Positions 50,809 to 63,320 of a stretch of DNA of 64,000 bases are shown here, piece by piece. How positions within the stretch are numbered: position 1 is the stretch's first letter; the number at the start of each line of letters is the position of its first letter. This DNA comes from Squalus acanthias. Taxonomy: Eukaryota. The notes beneath the pieces were generated by a model. It searched no databases. It saw only the letters and a list, made by a program, of their open reading frames with translations, and had not been told where the DNA came from. The translations under genes were made by a program, and so were the position numbers. Location of the stretch: NCBI GenBank assembly GCA_030390025.1, contig CM059425.1:171618001-171682000 (forward strand), written 5' to 3'.

Positions 50809-51239
50809 AAATCAGGAATGGGACCAAAGAGCACATAAACAGTAATGAAAAAAACAAACACTGAGTAGTCAGACTGAGAAATACAAACTCTGGGACTGGG
50901 AGTAAAGAAAGCACATCCAAGTGGGAGTGAAAGTAAAAGAAACAGAAAGACTGAGAGCGGGACTTAAAAGGAAACAGCAGAGCTGTACATTAAAAAAAAA
51001 TGGTGTGAATTTCCATGGGGATTCTCCTGCTCACCCACCGTTTTCCCCAGGGTTCTGACAGATGAGCGAGAGAATTCCCATGAAAATTCACCCTCATATA
51101 CTCCTCCATCGCCTATCTTCTGTTTTCCAGCTCCATTTGACTGCCCTTGCATAGTAACACTCCTACCTTTCTGGATGCAGTCAGAGCATCTTCAGCGATG
51201 GCTTCACCTTCTCTTCCTCATACGTCACCTCCAGATTTC

Positions 51240-51510
51240 CCCAAGAATCTATTCTCAGCCCCACCTTTTCCTCATCTATATGCTACCCCTCAACATTATC
51301 ACCCAAAGGCACGGGTCAAGCTTCCAAACACATGCTGATGATACCCAACTCGACATATCCACCACTTCTCTCTACACCACAACTACTTCTATTCTGTCAG
51401 ACTGCCTGTCCAGCATCAAGTCTTGGATGAGTCACAACTTTCTCTAGCTGAACATCGGGAAGGCTGAAGGTTGAAGACATCATTGTTGGCGCCTGCCATA
51501 AACTCTGCTC
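51240..51510 (+). mobile_element. L2 RT fragment
   Basis: PHLFLIYMLPL..HADDTQL..LSDCLSSIKSWMSHNFL. Confidence 0.75.
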
Positions 51511-53814
51511 GTTTAAGACAGAATTCACATGTACATGTTATCTAACCTGCCTCCATACTATCCAATAGCTATGTGACATCTGTATAAAGCAATTCTATAG
51601 CCCAAAGCATGCCACAGTGTCACCACAGTATAAATAACATTACATTGGCTGAATCGGTACATACAAGACTTGTGTCAAACACACCATCAAACTCAAGTCG
51701 TGTATCTGCTCAAATACATGCAAATTTAAGTGAAAGGAAAACAGTACGTTATTTTGCAGATCACAGGTACAACTTACTTAGAGATCATCCTGATTGGAAC
51801 TCTACATAACCTTCCATACCTTATTAGAAACTCAGGTTGAAGCAGTTAAATGCTCAGAAATGATCTGCTGTCATATGATTACATCATCGTTAAATATCAC
51901 GTAGTTAGGTTTCAAAATCCGACCTAAACAATATTTAACTTTGGATCAAACTGTTGCAAATATATTTTGCGACCATTCTCAAAATCTAGCACTATAAACC
52001 TTAAACAGTAATGTACTCCTTCTGGTGACATTAAGTCGTTCCATTTTACCTAATTCTAAAGTAGAAGATATATTTATTGTAATTCACACTTTTCTTGTTC
52101 ATTAACTTACAACATAAACTAAATGATGAAAAGTCATTAGTTCTGAGGAAGAAAAAGGAAACGGTAATTGGTAGCTCTTTAAAGTCAAAGTATTAAATTA
52201 GTGTCATCGTAAATTATTGCACAAGGTTTGTCAAGATCTTTAGTGATGTTAATTCAACAGTTTCACACATTAAATTACTTCAAAAAGAAAAAGGCTACGA
52301 ATGAAATCATAGCGTTGCAATGCATATTACAAAACGATAAGACACCGCTAGGAAAGTCCACATTAATTCGGTGTTTATAATTCTTTTCAACTAAGACGTT
52401 TTAAATCCAGAAAATGCCGAACATTCCATCGTGAAATGTTAGAAAGTGTCGAAACTAATTCTAATTTGGTACAAAACCTGCAACTTCTCGCTGTCCCACA
52501 TCACCAGACACAACAGATGTGTGCAGTTAAATGTGTACTTCTGCATGTTTAATGGGACATATGGGTAATATTTACAAAGGTTAGTGCAGTAATATAAAAG
52601 AATAATGAATGATTTAATGGTTCCAAAAAGAATGACAGCTCATGTTCTATGTACTGGAGCTGCTGGGAGAAGGAGGGGAAAAATAGCAGTTTACACCTTT
52701 GCTGTTGCAGATAATCTTCTGAGTTTAATTCCCAAGTGAAATTACTCACACCAGTATTCTCCTGTCACACCTCCTAAACTCCTGTGCGATGTGACATTCA
52801 AAATGTAAAGCCGATTATGTTCTGACAGAACCACTCTCTGGTCCTTGAACGTACATTGCTGGGAAATACGACTGTTGTATGAAAGGGTTTGGAAATGACA
52901 GCTCTCTGGCAGACAAACGGATACTGTGCACATACAATGTTTGCATTCATTCCTGTGGGGCTATAAAAGTTGTAATATTTTATATCTATCAAAAATGGAT
53001 GAGTGACAGAAAACCATTCAATTGCTGCCAGAAGAGGTCTGTAATGAAAAAAGTAGCTCAATATTTAAGTGTTAAAGAAAGAGAGAAAAAAGCTTTGTGC
53101 AAGCCTTTCATGTTCTTGAATTATTTTTCCAGCAGGACAGCCTCTCTGCGAGGATGTAAATGATAATGACACTAGGTTACAATTTGACATTTTCTTCCAG
53201 TCCAGTTTTTCTTCCTTTACCCTGCAAATTTGCCAGAGTGTCAATTCTGTCCATTTACAGCATCCTCTGTTTTTAATTCTGATTTCCAGTATTTGCAGAG
53301 TTTTTTTTTAACCTGCTAGAGTATAATTTCACCAGTACTTATCCTAATGTGGCCATTCTTCTTAACAGAGTCAAGACACCTATTCAACTGGTGCTTTTTG
53401 CACCTGCTGATCCTGGGGTAAGTGAGGCAAACTGGAGTACCCACACCACCCTGGCTGGGATCGTCTAGTTCCACGTAGAACAAGGATCAAACCTGGGATG
53501 TTCCGACGTGGCTGAGTGCCAACCCATGCAACGCATTTCCCCACTGTCCTCAATGAAAACGCCCTATCTAGCTGTTTTGAAATTATTTATGCAATTCATG
53601 TCAGCAGCCAAATGACCTGATTCAGACACACCACTGTTAAAGTGACACATTTACCAGAGAGATGCTGCAATATGATGTGAACTGCAACTTCTACTGTGGT
53701 TAGGGTAAATACAGAGCATGGGGAAGGTCTTCGTCTAACGACTCGATAGTGAACTACATTGTTGGTCTGTTGCGGGTGCACTTTAAAATCTCCAGCCCTA
53801 TTCCGACACAGTGC

Positions 53815-53993
53815 CTTTCTGAAAATAATCTCGGGCGGTGGCGCTAAACGGGCGGAATCGGATCGGCCACCCGTTATACGCAGCGCCTGATATGCAGTTC
53901 CAGGAACAGACTGAATACCAGGCGCTGTGTATAACGGGCGGCCGATCCGATACCACCTGTTTTTCGCCACTGCCCGAGACGAATTTCTAGCCC
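53815..53993. mobile_element. Short palindromic MITE
   Basis: Nearly entirely self-complementary; a related copy lies in opposite orientation at 55459-55643. Confidence 0.75.
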
Positions 53994-55458
53994 ATGGTCT
54001 TTTGTAGACAATGGCTTTCGATTGTAGCCAATAACTGCATAAGCTATTGCAGATGTATCCTCAGAGATATTTTTTGTTCAATTTCCAATTAAAAACTTCT
54101 TCACAATTGCAAGGGTATGAAATTACTGAAACAATTTTTTATGTTAAAGAGAAACCATTTTGTTATTAAAATGTATGAATTTCCCCCATTTCCCAATAAA
54201 TGTAATCCTTCTACTTGTGTGTTAAGAAATCCATCGCACTTCACTTTCCTCCTCCAGAGGGCATCGTTGCAACAACATGCAATGCATTCTGGGAAGCATG
54301 AAATAATTGTCACCTTGTGTGCTCTCTGGTTGCACTATTAAAGCTTCAGAAAATTTTGAATCATTTTTAAAAGTCAGTTATCTTTACTGTTTATGTGCCA
54401 AAATTTTACAAAAAATATTACAGTACAGCTACGGACCACAAAACAGCCAGATGCAAAAGAAGCTCAAAATATTGGCGTTCCCAGACTGAAGTGTATGAAG
54501 GAGAGATAAATGTTACAAGCTGGATTTAACCACACCACCACCTTTGTCTGGCGCAAGTAAACTATGGAACCATTTTTTATAACTCTCTGTTTTTGACCAT
54601 CAATTTTTAGTGCTAAGAACTTGATTGAAACTACACAAACTCCTTTCACACAAGACCTTTAAAGTTAGCGGCATCACCGCCGCCAGCTCAGCAAATTTAT
54701 CCAGTCAATAGCTGAGCCATTAAGAATAGGAAGGAACCCAGTCTCTGTCAAGTTAGTTGATGTCAGTCAGGATGGCAGTCGAGATGCTAAAACTGGCCTC
54801 AGCCTCCCTGGGCTCGGGAGGGAAACATGAGCCATGGTCACTGCTCCTTATTGTTATCCTGTGAATCCCTGCATGAAGCGTGTTGTGTGGATATTTGGTG
54901 AGGACATTGAATGAGCATGACTGTGGTGTCCCCATTCCACCCCTCACCCCACCAGTCAAATATTTTGCAGCACACTCACAGAAGGAATGGTCACTTGAAG
55001 AGGGGCAATTTTGGTACTCATAGAACTGTACCCCAGAAAAAAGTCAATGCCTTAAGGAGCAGAAGAGAGATTTTTATCCCATCAGTCTGGGCTGGACTTG
55101 AACCCAGATCCTAGAGCTGAAAGGATATAACCTACTACACTACCCAGCTTACCCTCTTGAAATCCATTTTCACAGTTTCCTTTTGAAGTATTTTGAAGTA
55201 GTTCTTATACACATCAATCTACAAAAGATCTTTAAAAAAAATCCTGTTGACCTACAGGAGGAAATTCAAGAACTGCTGAAACAACAATTACGTAATACCT
55301 TAAGATCAGTAGAAAGGTGCAGTTGAGCACGCTCAGTTTGGAAATCCATCTGGACAAAGCAGGTCTCATTTTTTGAGATGTGTAAATTAGTAAGAGGAAA
55401 ACATAAAATCTTATCAACTACGAATGTTTAGTTACAATTTTTGTCAAGCACATCCTAT

Positions 55459-55643
55459 GGCCTCGAAATTCGCCTTGGGCGGTGGTGCCAAGCGGGCGGT
55501 ATCGGATCGGCCGCCCGTTATACACAGCGCCTGGTATTCAGTCTATTGCAGTCAATGGAATGGAATATCAGGCGCTGCGTATAATGGGCAGCCGATCTGA
55601 TACTGCCCACTTAGCGCCACTGCCCAAGGCAAATTTCTAGGTC
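55459..55643. mobile_element. Short palindromic MITE
   Basis: gaaattcgccttgggcggtgg...ccactgcccaaggcaaatttc inverted arms. Confidence 0.75.
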
Positions 55644-56435
55644 TAGATATCTAACAGCTGAAGATCTGCAATCAATCATACAGTTTGTTTTAAAGTTTTA
55701 CGCAGCACAATTTGTTTTTGTTTCATATTAAAATCTATGTTTCAGGAATTTGGCATAATCACAAGGGGTGATATTGTTCTTGGGGGTAGCGCAAAAATGG
55801 CAATAGTGGATCGGCAGCCTGTTTTACACTTCACCTGACTTTCTTTTCCATTGACTTCACTGGAGAAGAAAATCGGCCAATTTCGCCCCCACATTATTTA
55901 TAATCGAACAAAAGTTTTTTTATGCTCTAGCTTTCTAAGCACAGACCTCCAGTAAAATAACTCATACATATTGTAATCTAATTATAATGGAACTGTTTGC
56001 TGTAAATTCATATAATAAACATCCAAATGAATTCAAAATTCAGGCCATCTCAGCCAGTGAGAAAACAAATGGTATGGATCGTACCTAATCTGACACAGTT
56101 GCTGTGATGAAGCTGTTTTCACTCATGATCTTTAACCTTGCCTAGCAAATGATTTTTTTTCCCCTCAAGACGACTTTGTCAATTAAAAATTAATGGAATG
56201 ATTGACTCTTCAAATACTTGAGACATTTTTTTATTATAGATGTCATGGGGTGTTCTTTCCTACTGTTACTTTGGAAAGGAAATGATTGCAGCTTACATCC
56301 TGCAATGGCATAAGAATTCATTTTGGTTGTAATGCCTAAATATGTGGCAATAGAACAAAAGTTGTAAAAGTGTTTTGTTGGAGTTTGCACCGTTTATATT
56401 AATCGAATGCATGTACTCAGAAAGCAATGCTGTAC

Positions 56436-56566
56436 CTGTCATTAATGCTCCAGTTCAGACATAGATTCAGGGAACTTAAATTCTTGCATCTCTTCACCAC
56501 CTCCATTACTGTTTCATTATTCAGCTCCGTTATGTGGCGCAGGTCCAGACTGACGAGCTCCTTCAG
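56436..56566 (-). CDS. FBXL17: Internal coding exon of F-box/LRR-repeat protein 17 (LRR region)
   Basis: Translates LKELVSLDLRHITELNNETVMEVVKRCKNLSSLNLCLNWSIND(R), recalled as nearly identical to vertebrate FBXL17 (..LDLRHITELDNETVMEIVKRCKNLSSLNLCLNWIINDR..). Preceded by a polypyrimidine tract and AG (tttattttcctttccctcctaag), followed by AG|GTACAG; 131 nt, phase 0 to phase 2. Confidence 0.93.
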
Positions 56567-56980
56567 CTTAGGAGGGAAAGGAAAATAAAGATGAAAATAA
56601 ATCACTACAGGACAATGATCAATCTTGTAATCACAATAAATTAACTGTAACAGAGAATCTAGAATTATTTATATAACAAGTTCCCATTTTCTAATGTTGT
56701 GAATGGGTGTTTAATAAAAAGTCAACAGCTGGTACATATTGCATACCAGCTCTGCACATAACTGGATTCTGATAATTTTCCACCGTGATTTAAAAAGCAT
56801 TACAGTAGAACTTGCTATTCACCTACCTTTCTAATTTGAAGCCATCCCAAATTGAAGTTGAGGTACAGCTTGTTGGCACGTTTTATGTTATTTTCACATG
56901 CGAGTGTAGAAAATACTTTTTGTGGAAGAAGCAGAAAATCTATATCTGGGCCAAAAAGCCCATGTGGCATCAAATAAAAT

Positions 56981-57160
56981 GGGGTTGAGTTTCCGTGGGG
57001 GCTCACCCACTGGTCCGCGGGGGGATCGCCCGATGGTGTCCACAGATCTGCGGACACCCCGGAGAAATGGTGTGAACGGCCTTGACGCCAGGTCTCCAGT
57101 GTGTCCATGAGCTGAAGCTGTGGTGAAAAATTGGGAGAACTCCCACGAAAATTCAACCCC
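56981..57160. mobile_element. Short MITE
   Basis: aat|ggggttgagtttccgtggg...cccacgaaaattcaacccc|att; relative at ~51002-51093. Confidence 0.6.
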
Positions 57161-57744
57161 ATTATCTTCAGGGAAGATAGTTCAAATAATTTATAGTAGA
57201 TGAGAATGCTACACACATCTTACTCGGCATGAAATCTAAATAAATTATGGGGGGAGGACGGGGGCAAGAGAAAAATTTCCTTTTATGATTTACTGCATTA
57301 AAAGCTCTGCTTTTTGATTAGTTACTGCAGACAAGCTTCTGAGACCATGAGCTTTTGTCACGATCAAAAAATTATAAGTTGTTACAACAGAGTAAGTAAG
57401 AAGAGCTACTCTAGCATCCGTTTCTCATTGAAAACCAGTCAAGAACAAGACTTAGGCATGAAATTAATTCACTTTTATTTGGTCCACTTTTCCCCCCTTT
57501 CTCTCTCCATTGCTCTTTCTACCTCAAATTTTCTGTCACAAAATAAAGTCCTGGTTCCTTAATAGGTGGTATTTTAGCATTTACTGATTGCGTCTACAGT
57601 CATCAGGTAACTAGTTTCAATCCTAAAGAAACAAATAGCTGTACATTGTACAGAACATAAACTCCACTTCAACCATGGATATTCCAAACTTTTTATTCTG
57701 ATTGAGGAAGGGAACAATTACAGAAAACATGGATTTATGTAGCA

Positions 57745-58212
57745 TGCAAGACAACTGGATTGTAAGGTGACCAGAATGCTACCAGGAAAGAGAGGTTATA
57801 GTTATGAAGAACTGCTTGAAATAGTGAGATTTTTTTTTACTGGGACAGCAGAGGTTAAGTGGGCGGTGATCTAATAGAGGTTGCAAGGCTTTGAGAGGGT
57901 AAATAGTGAAAAATTGTTTCCACTGAGGACCATAATTAAAAGAATAAAGATGGTAATTTGAAGAAATGTTTTTACACAGAGGGTTATTAGAACATCTATT
58001 GAGACAGACACTAGAACATTGTTTAAAAGGGAAATGGATAAATAGTTATACATGGAAGTTACAACAGAAACAGGCCATTCTTGAAAAGGAAGGATATAAA
58101 AGGATATGGGGGAAAGGCCAGTGAAATGGAATGAGAATAGACAGCTCCAGTTGAAGAGCTGGCCTCTGGACGATGGGCCTCCTTCTGTGCTACAATTGCT
58201 ATGATTCCACAA
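57745..58212 (+). mobile_element. Old CR1 3' fragment
   Basis: Degenerate CR1 C-terminus and 3' UTR (gggcctccttctgtgct..ctatgattc). Confidence 0.65.
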
Positions 58213-59410
58213 GAAGTACAGAAAGTTTGGCTAAAAATACATTAAATATTAATTGTTTCATCGCACTCCAAAGTATCAAAATAGGTTTCCTTACAGAAAT
58301 GAATATTTATTTTTCAGAATATTTGTGTAAAACTGAAGAGAAAACTTCTAACTCATTGTCCTTCAAAAATATGCACAGATGTGGAAAAAATGCAAGTAGT
58401 CTACATTCAAAATAAACAGTGATGGGCCAAATTTCCTCTGCCATATCTCTGATGAAAGAGCTTATACATAATCACTGGACCCGGAAATGCCAGGCTGCAA
58501 GTTACCACTCACCCACCTCTTATAAGGCCGCTGATGCAGAAGGGTAGGTCTGGGGATGGGGGAACTCCCTACCCTCGGAGTTCCCACTTTCCAAGTACAG
58601 TTGATGCGTACTTGAATCCAGAAGGGCACAAGAGAATCCCAATAGAGATGGCTGTGGGGCTCCAGGCCAGGGAAGAGGCATGGACCCACGAAGAAAGGGT
58701 TAATCTTTTAAAGAAAAGCATGTGCAACTGCCCCCCTTGGTAAAGGGACTGAAGGGGGCAGTGAGGTGATTTCTTCGGAGGAAGGGGCAGGTGGCCACCG
58801 GAGCTTCTAGCAGCATGGGGCTGGCTGGTGACAGAGATGTTCCTGTGATGAAGTGGGACCAATGGCCCCAGGCAAATGAGCTGCCATCCCAGTGATCCCC
58901 ACAAACTCAATCAGAGTCAGCGCTGTAGGGCACCAGCGTGTGTATTCCCAACTTAAATACAGGGATCAAGCTCCAGGGTAGTTCAGGGCCAAATCGTTTT
59001 GCTAAATTAGCATATTGTGACATTTTTATTCCAACCAAGATGACAACTACGACGTACACAGACAGCAATCCTCAATTGGACTTAAAGAGTTCTTAATCTT
59101 TTATTCGCAGTATCAAAACAATCCCTAAAGTTGGAACTGGAATCTCTCAACTTGATTTTTTCATTGTTAAATGACATTGAGGACTGGGGGCGCATGAAGA
59201 GATAACCAAGGTGTTAGGAGGAACAGGAGAGGAAGGAAGCACAAGGCTCGCGTTGATGGGCAGAGATGTAGGAGACTTGGGGACTCAGGCGGAGTGGTAC
59301 AGGTGGTGTTAATAAGGACAGGAATACCTCACCAGACTGTTCAGGTCACTTTAACCACCATCTCCGGAGCTACATTTTAACTGAATCCTTTTCAAATGTC
59401 AAAATATGTA

Positions 59411-59765
59411 CAGGAAACTTTTTCGTATCCGGCACCGACGGGACCGGGATGGTGCCGGTTGATTAAAAATTCCGGATAACGGAGAGGTATATCTACCGAG
59501 GCTATTTTTAACAAACAAAAATAAAAAAATCAAGAAATGTGCAGTATAATTGGGTACTCCCCTACAGAATGTTGTGTTAAATGGATGGTGGAAGATGCTT
59601 GATTAAGTACAGTAATGCCAGTTGAGGGTAATCCATAACTCTTTAATTACTTAACAGTAAAACAAAACTTATAAACGACTGTACACTGTAGTTTTCGGAG
59701 TATGAATTCTGCCGGTTATTAGAGAATTCCGGATATTTAGGTGCCGTTTAAACGAGAGTTTCCTG
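59411..59765. mobile_element. Tc1/mariner (pogo/Tigger-like) MITE
   Basis: ta|caggaaact....cggcacc ... ggtgccg....agtttcctg|tg; internal repeated ttccggata motifs. Confidence 0.65.
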
Positions 59766-59789
59766 TGTGTGTTAGAAATAAAGAGAAAA

Positions 59790-59975
59790 CCTTTGAATGC
59801 TGAAAATGTGAAATGGAAACAGAAAATTGTGTAAATGGACATTAGGTGAGTCAGTATTTGAAAAAGATAAACCAGGGTTCTGACCACAGTTACATCTGAA
59901 ATATTAATCTCTCTCATCTCTTTCAAATGTTGACGGGCCTGCTGTGCATTGCCAACACGTCTGATTTTTATTGTA
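59790..59975. mobile_element. Degenerate inverted pair of Penelope pseudo-LTRs
   Basis: Minus-oriented then plus-oriented remnant; the same arrangement recurs at ~63565-63770. Confidence 0.5.
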
Positions 59976-60779
59976 AATATTCAATAACTCCTCATCCCTC
60001 AAGCCTTGACCTTCTTTAAGTCATATCTAACCTATTTTCACTTGTACTTACAGTACCGGTTAACCTTTTGCTTCAGTACATTTTCAAGTTTATAGATAAA
60101 TAAAGTGCTGAAATAAGGCAAGTTGAGCATGAGCCATTAGTATTTATTAAAGTTCAATCAATGGCACTAAATCCTGTATGAAACAGATTAATCATTTTCT
60201 GATCCAAGAATAAATATCTTTATTCTCTTAAGCCTCCATTAAAAAGACTTGCATGAACATTTCATATTGATCCCTTGGTGCAGAAAGCAGCAATTTACTT
60301 AGCATTTAAGGAAATTGCACTGCACAGCATGTTCCAAGAGGACCCCAACTGACTAGAACTGTTCTCTGCCGAACTGTATTTAAATATGCACAGTGAGACA
60401 GTCCAATATCCCATGTCCTTTCTCAAAGGCAAGAAAAGCTCTAGTGCTTCACACTGCAAAAACTGGAGTTTAAACAGATATTTTGTACTTGACAACATAT
60501 AATTTATCCTGTTATATCAAAAGAAAATGACCTACAGGAAATTGGTTTGCTAAATAATTGCGATGCATTAAAAGAGAATGGCACTCTCTCAGCTGCTCTG
60601 TAATAAGTTTTCAAATACACAGGTAACCAACTACTGTAGTTGGAGTCTTTGTTCTGGAACTCACAAATGCAGCAATATCTTTAGAAGAAAAAGATTTCAC
60701 AAGACACACTATCCATTAAAAAGACTTAATGAACCATTGTTCCTAGGTTGCTGAAAGAAGCAAAGGTTGAAATAGCAGA

Positions 60780-60991
60780 AATGAGAAGTCGCACAACACC
60801 AGGTTATAGTCCAACAGTTTTATTTGAAATCACGAGCTTTCGGAGCGCTGCTCCTTCGTCAGGTGAAGGTCACCTGACGAAGGAGCAGCGCTCCGAAAGC
60901 TCGTGATTTCAAATAAAACTGTTGGACTATAACCTGGTGTTGTGCGACTTCTCATTTTTGTCCACCCTAGTCCAATACCGGCATCTCCGCA
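60780..60991. mobile_element. Penelope-type inverted pseudo-LTR insertion containing a perfect palindrome
   Basis: Arms 60779-60866 and 60870-60957 are exact reverse complements; 11-bp duplication gaaatagcaga at 60769-60779 and 60992-61002. Confidence 0.85.
60867..60909 (+). ncRNA. Minimal type I hammerhead ribozyme motif (mirror copy on the minus strand at ~60830-60866)
   Basis: aggucac CUGACGA a ggagc-agc-gcucc GAA agcu c gugauuu. Confidence 0.72.
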
Positions 60992-62676
60992 GAAATAGCA
61001 GAGGCATTGGGCACAATCTTTCAATCCTCATTGGATACAGGAGTAGTGCCGGAGGACTGGAGGGTTGCTAATGTTATACCACTATTCAAGAAAGGAGAGA
61101 GGGATAAACCGGGAAACTACAGGCCAGTCAGCCTAACATTGGTGGTGGGGAAGTTATAGCAAACCATTATCAGGGACAAAATAAAGTTTCATTTGGAAAG
61201 GCATGGGCTAATCAAGGAGAGCCAGAATGGATTTGTTAAAGGCAAATCGTGTCTGACTAAATCGCTTGAATTCTTTGATGAGGTAATAGAGAAGGTTGAT
61301 CAAGGTAGTGCAGTAGATGTATATATGGACTTTCGGACGGCATTCGACAAAGTGCCACACAGGAGGCTTGTTAAGAAGATGGAAGCCCATGGAATTAAGG
61401 CCAAAGTGGCGGTATGGATACAGAATTGGCTCAGTGACCAGAAGCAGAGGTTGGTGGTGGATGGATGTTTTTCAATTTTTATAAACGATATAGACTCGGG
61501 TGTAGGGAGCAGCATTAAAAAATTTGCAGATGATATGAAACTCGACAACGTAGTAGTGATGAGGACAGTTGTAGACTTCAGGATGACATAGAGAGGATGG
61601 TGAAATGGGCAGAAGCATGGCAGATGGAGTTTAATCTGTGTTGGTGCCTTAACTATTCACTGTATTTATTAATGACTTAGATGATGGGATAGAAAGCCGC
61701 ATATCCAAGTTTACCGATGACACAAAGATAGGTGGCATTGTAAGAAGTGTGAAGCGATGCACTTTGGGAGGACTAATATGGAAAGACAGAAAACTATAAA
61801 TGGCGCAATTTTGAAAAGTGTAGATGAGCATAGACCTTGCTGTTCATACACACAAATCCTTAAGGGTGGCAGGGCAAGTTGATAAGGTGGTTAAAAAAAG
61901 CATATGGGTTACTTGGGTTTATAAATAGAGGTACAGAACATAAAAGCAAAGAGATCACGCTGGAACTTTATAAATCACTGGTTAGGCCTCAGCTGGAGTA
62001 TTGTAGACAATTCTGAGCACCACACTTCAGGAAAGATGTAAAGGCCTCAGAAAGGGTACAGAGGAGGTTTGCCAGAATGTTACCAGGTGTGAGGGACTTC
62101 AGTTATGAGGAGAGGTTGGAAAAGTTAGAACTGCTTTCCTTGGAACAGAGAAGATTCAGAAGTGACCTAATAGAGGTTTTCAAGATGATGAGAGGTTTTG
62201 CTGGAGTAGATAGAGAAAAACTATTCCCACTGGCAAATCATTGGCAAAAGATCGAGACGGGAGTTGAGGAGAAAATTTTTCACTCAGAGTGTTGTCGGGA
62301 TCTGGAACGCTCTACCTGAAAAGGTGGTGGAAGCTAATTCCATAAATAATTTTAAAAGGGAGTTGGACAGGTCCTTGAGGATGACAAGGAGGTACTTGAG
62401 GAGCTCACAAGGTTACAGACAAAAAGTGGGAGGGTGGGACTAAGCACGACTGCTCTTTCAAAGAGCCAGCACAGGCGCGACAGGCTGAATGGCCTCCTTC
62501 TGTGCTCTAAGTTTCTATGATTCTATGATAACCATAATAGGTAACAACAGAAAGGAAAATATTCAGATGGTGATCATAGCAAAGACCAATTTTTCACACA
62601 GGAATGCTACTTCTGATGAACGGATACACCTGAAATTTTAACTTCTTTGTTCTCTCCACATGTGCTGGATGACCTG

Positions 62677-63320
62677 GGAATACAACCCTAGTTTGTGTAA
62701 TCTCTCCTCATGATTTAACCCTTGGAGTCCAGGTATCATTCTGATAAATCTACGCTGCACTCCATCCAAGGCAAATATATCCTTCCTAAGGTGTGGTGCC
62801 CAGAACTGTTCACAGTACTCCAAATGTGGTCTAAACAGGGCTTTGTATAGGCGTAGCATAATTTGAATTCTAGTCCTCTGGATATAAGGTCCAGCATTCC
62901 ATTAGCCTTTTTGATTATTTTCTGTACCTGTCCATGACATTTTAATGATCTAAGTACATTGACCCCGAAGTCTCTTTGGACCTCCACTGCTTCTAGCTTT
63001 TCACTATTTAGAAAGTACTCTGATGTATCCCTTTTTAGGTCCAAAGTGGATGACCTCACATTTGCCTACACTGAAATCCATTTGCCACAGTTTTGCCCAT
63101 TCGCTTAATCTATTAACATCTCTTTGTAATTTTATGCTTCAATCTACACTGCTTACAATGCCGCCCATCTTTGTGTCATTGACAAACTTGGATATGTGGC
63201 TTTCTATCCCATCATCTAAGTCGTTAATAAATACGGTGAATAGTTGAGGCCCCTTGCGGGACACCACCAGTCACATCCTGCCAATTAGAGTACCTGCCCA
63301 CGATCCCTACTCTCTGTACC
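62677..63320 (-). mobile_element. Degenerate CR1 RT/3' fragment
   Basis: LYKALFRPHLEYCEQFWAP; ISKFVNDTK remnant. Confidence 0.8.

Larger units (their letters stand above)
60742..62530 (+). mobile_element. Degenerate CR1 RT/3' region with nested insertions
   Basis: PRLLKEAKVEIAEAL..VPEDWRVANV, NYRPVSL, KFADD; a second CR1 piece at ~61635-61750; (ttctatga)n tail. Confidence 0.85.

Noticed and set aside
52246..52380. Short frame ending PLGKSTLIRCL, resembling a Walker A motif
   Set aside because: It lacks the first glycine, stops immediately afterwards and has no splice support; likely coincidence.
1..56435. Further FBXL17 exons (expected next segment CVEVIAKEG..LYLVSCKITDY)
   Set aside because: Not found by eye or in the ORF track; probably outside the window, although a short exon could have been missed.
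56417..56605. 62-aa ORF as a standalone gene
   Set aside because: It is the FBXL17 exon read through into intron on both sides.
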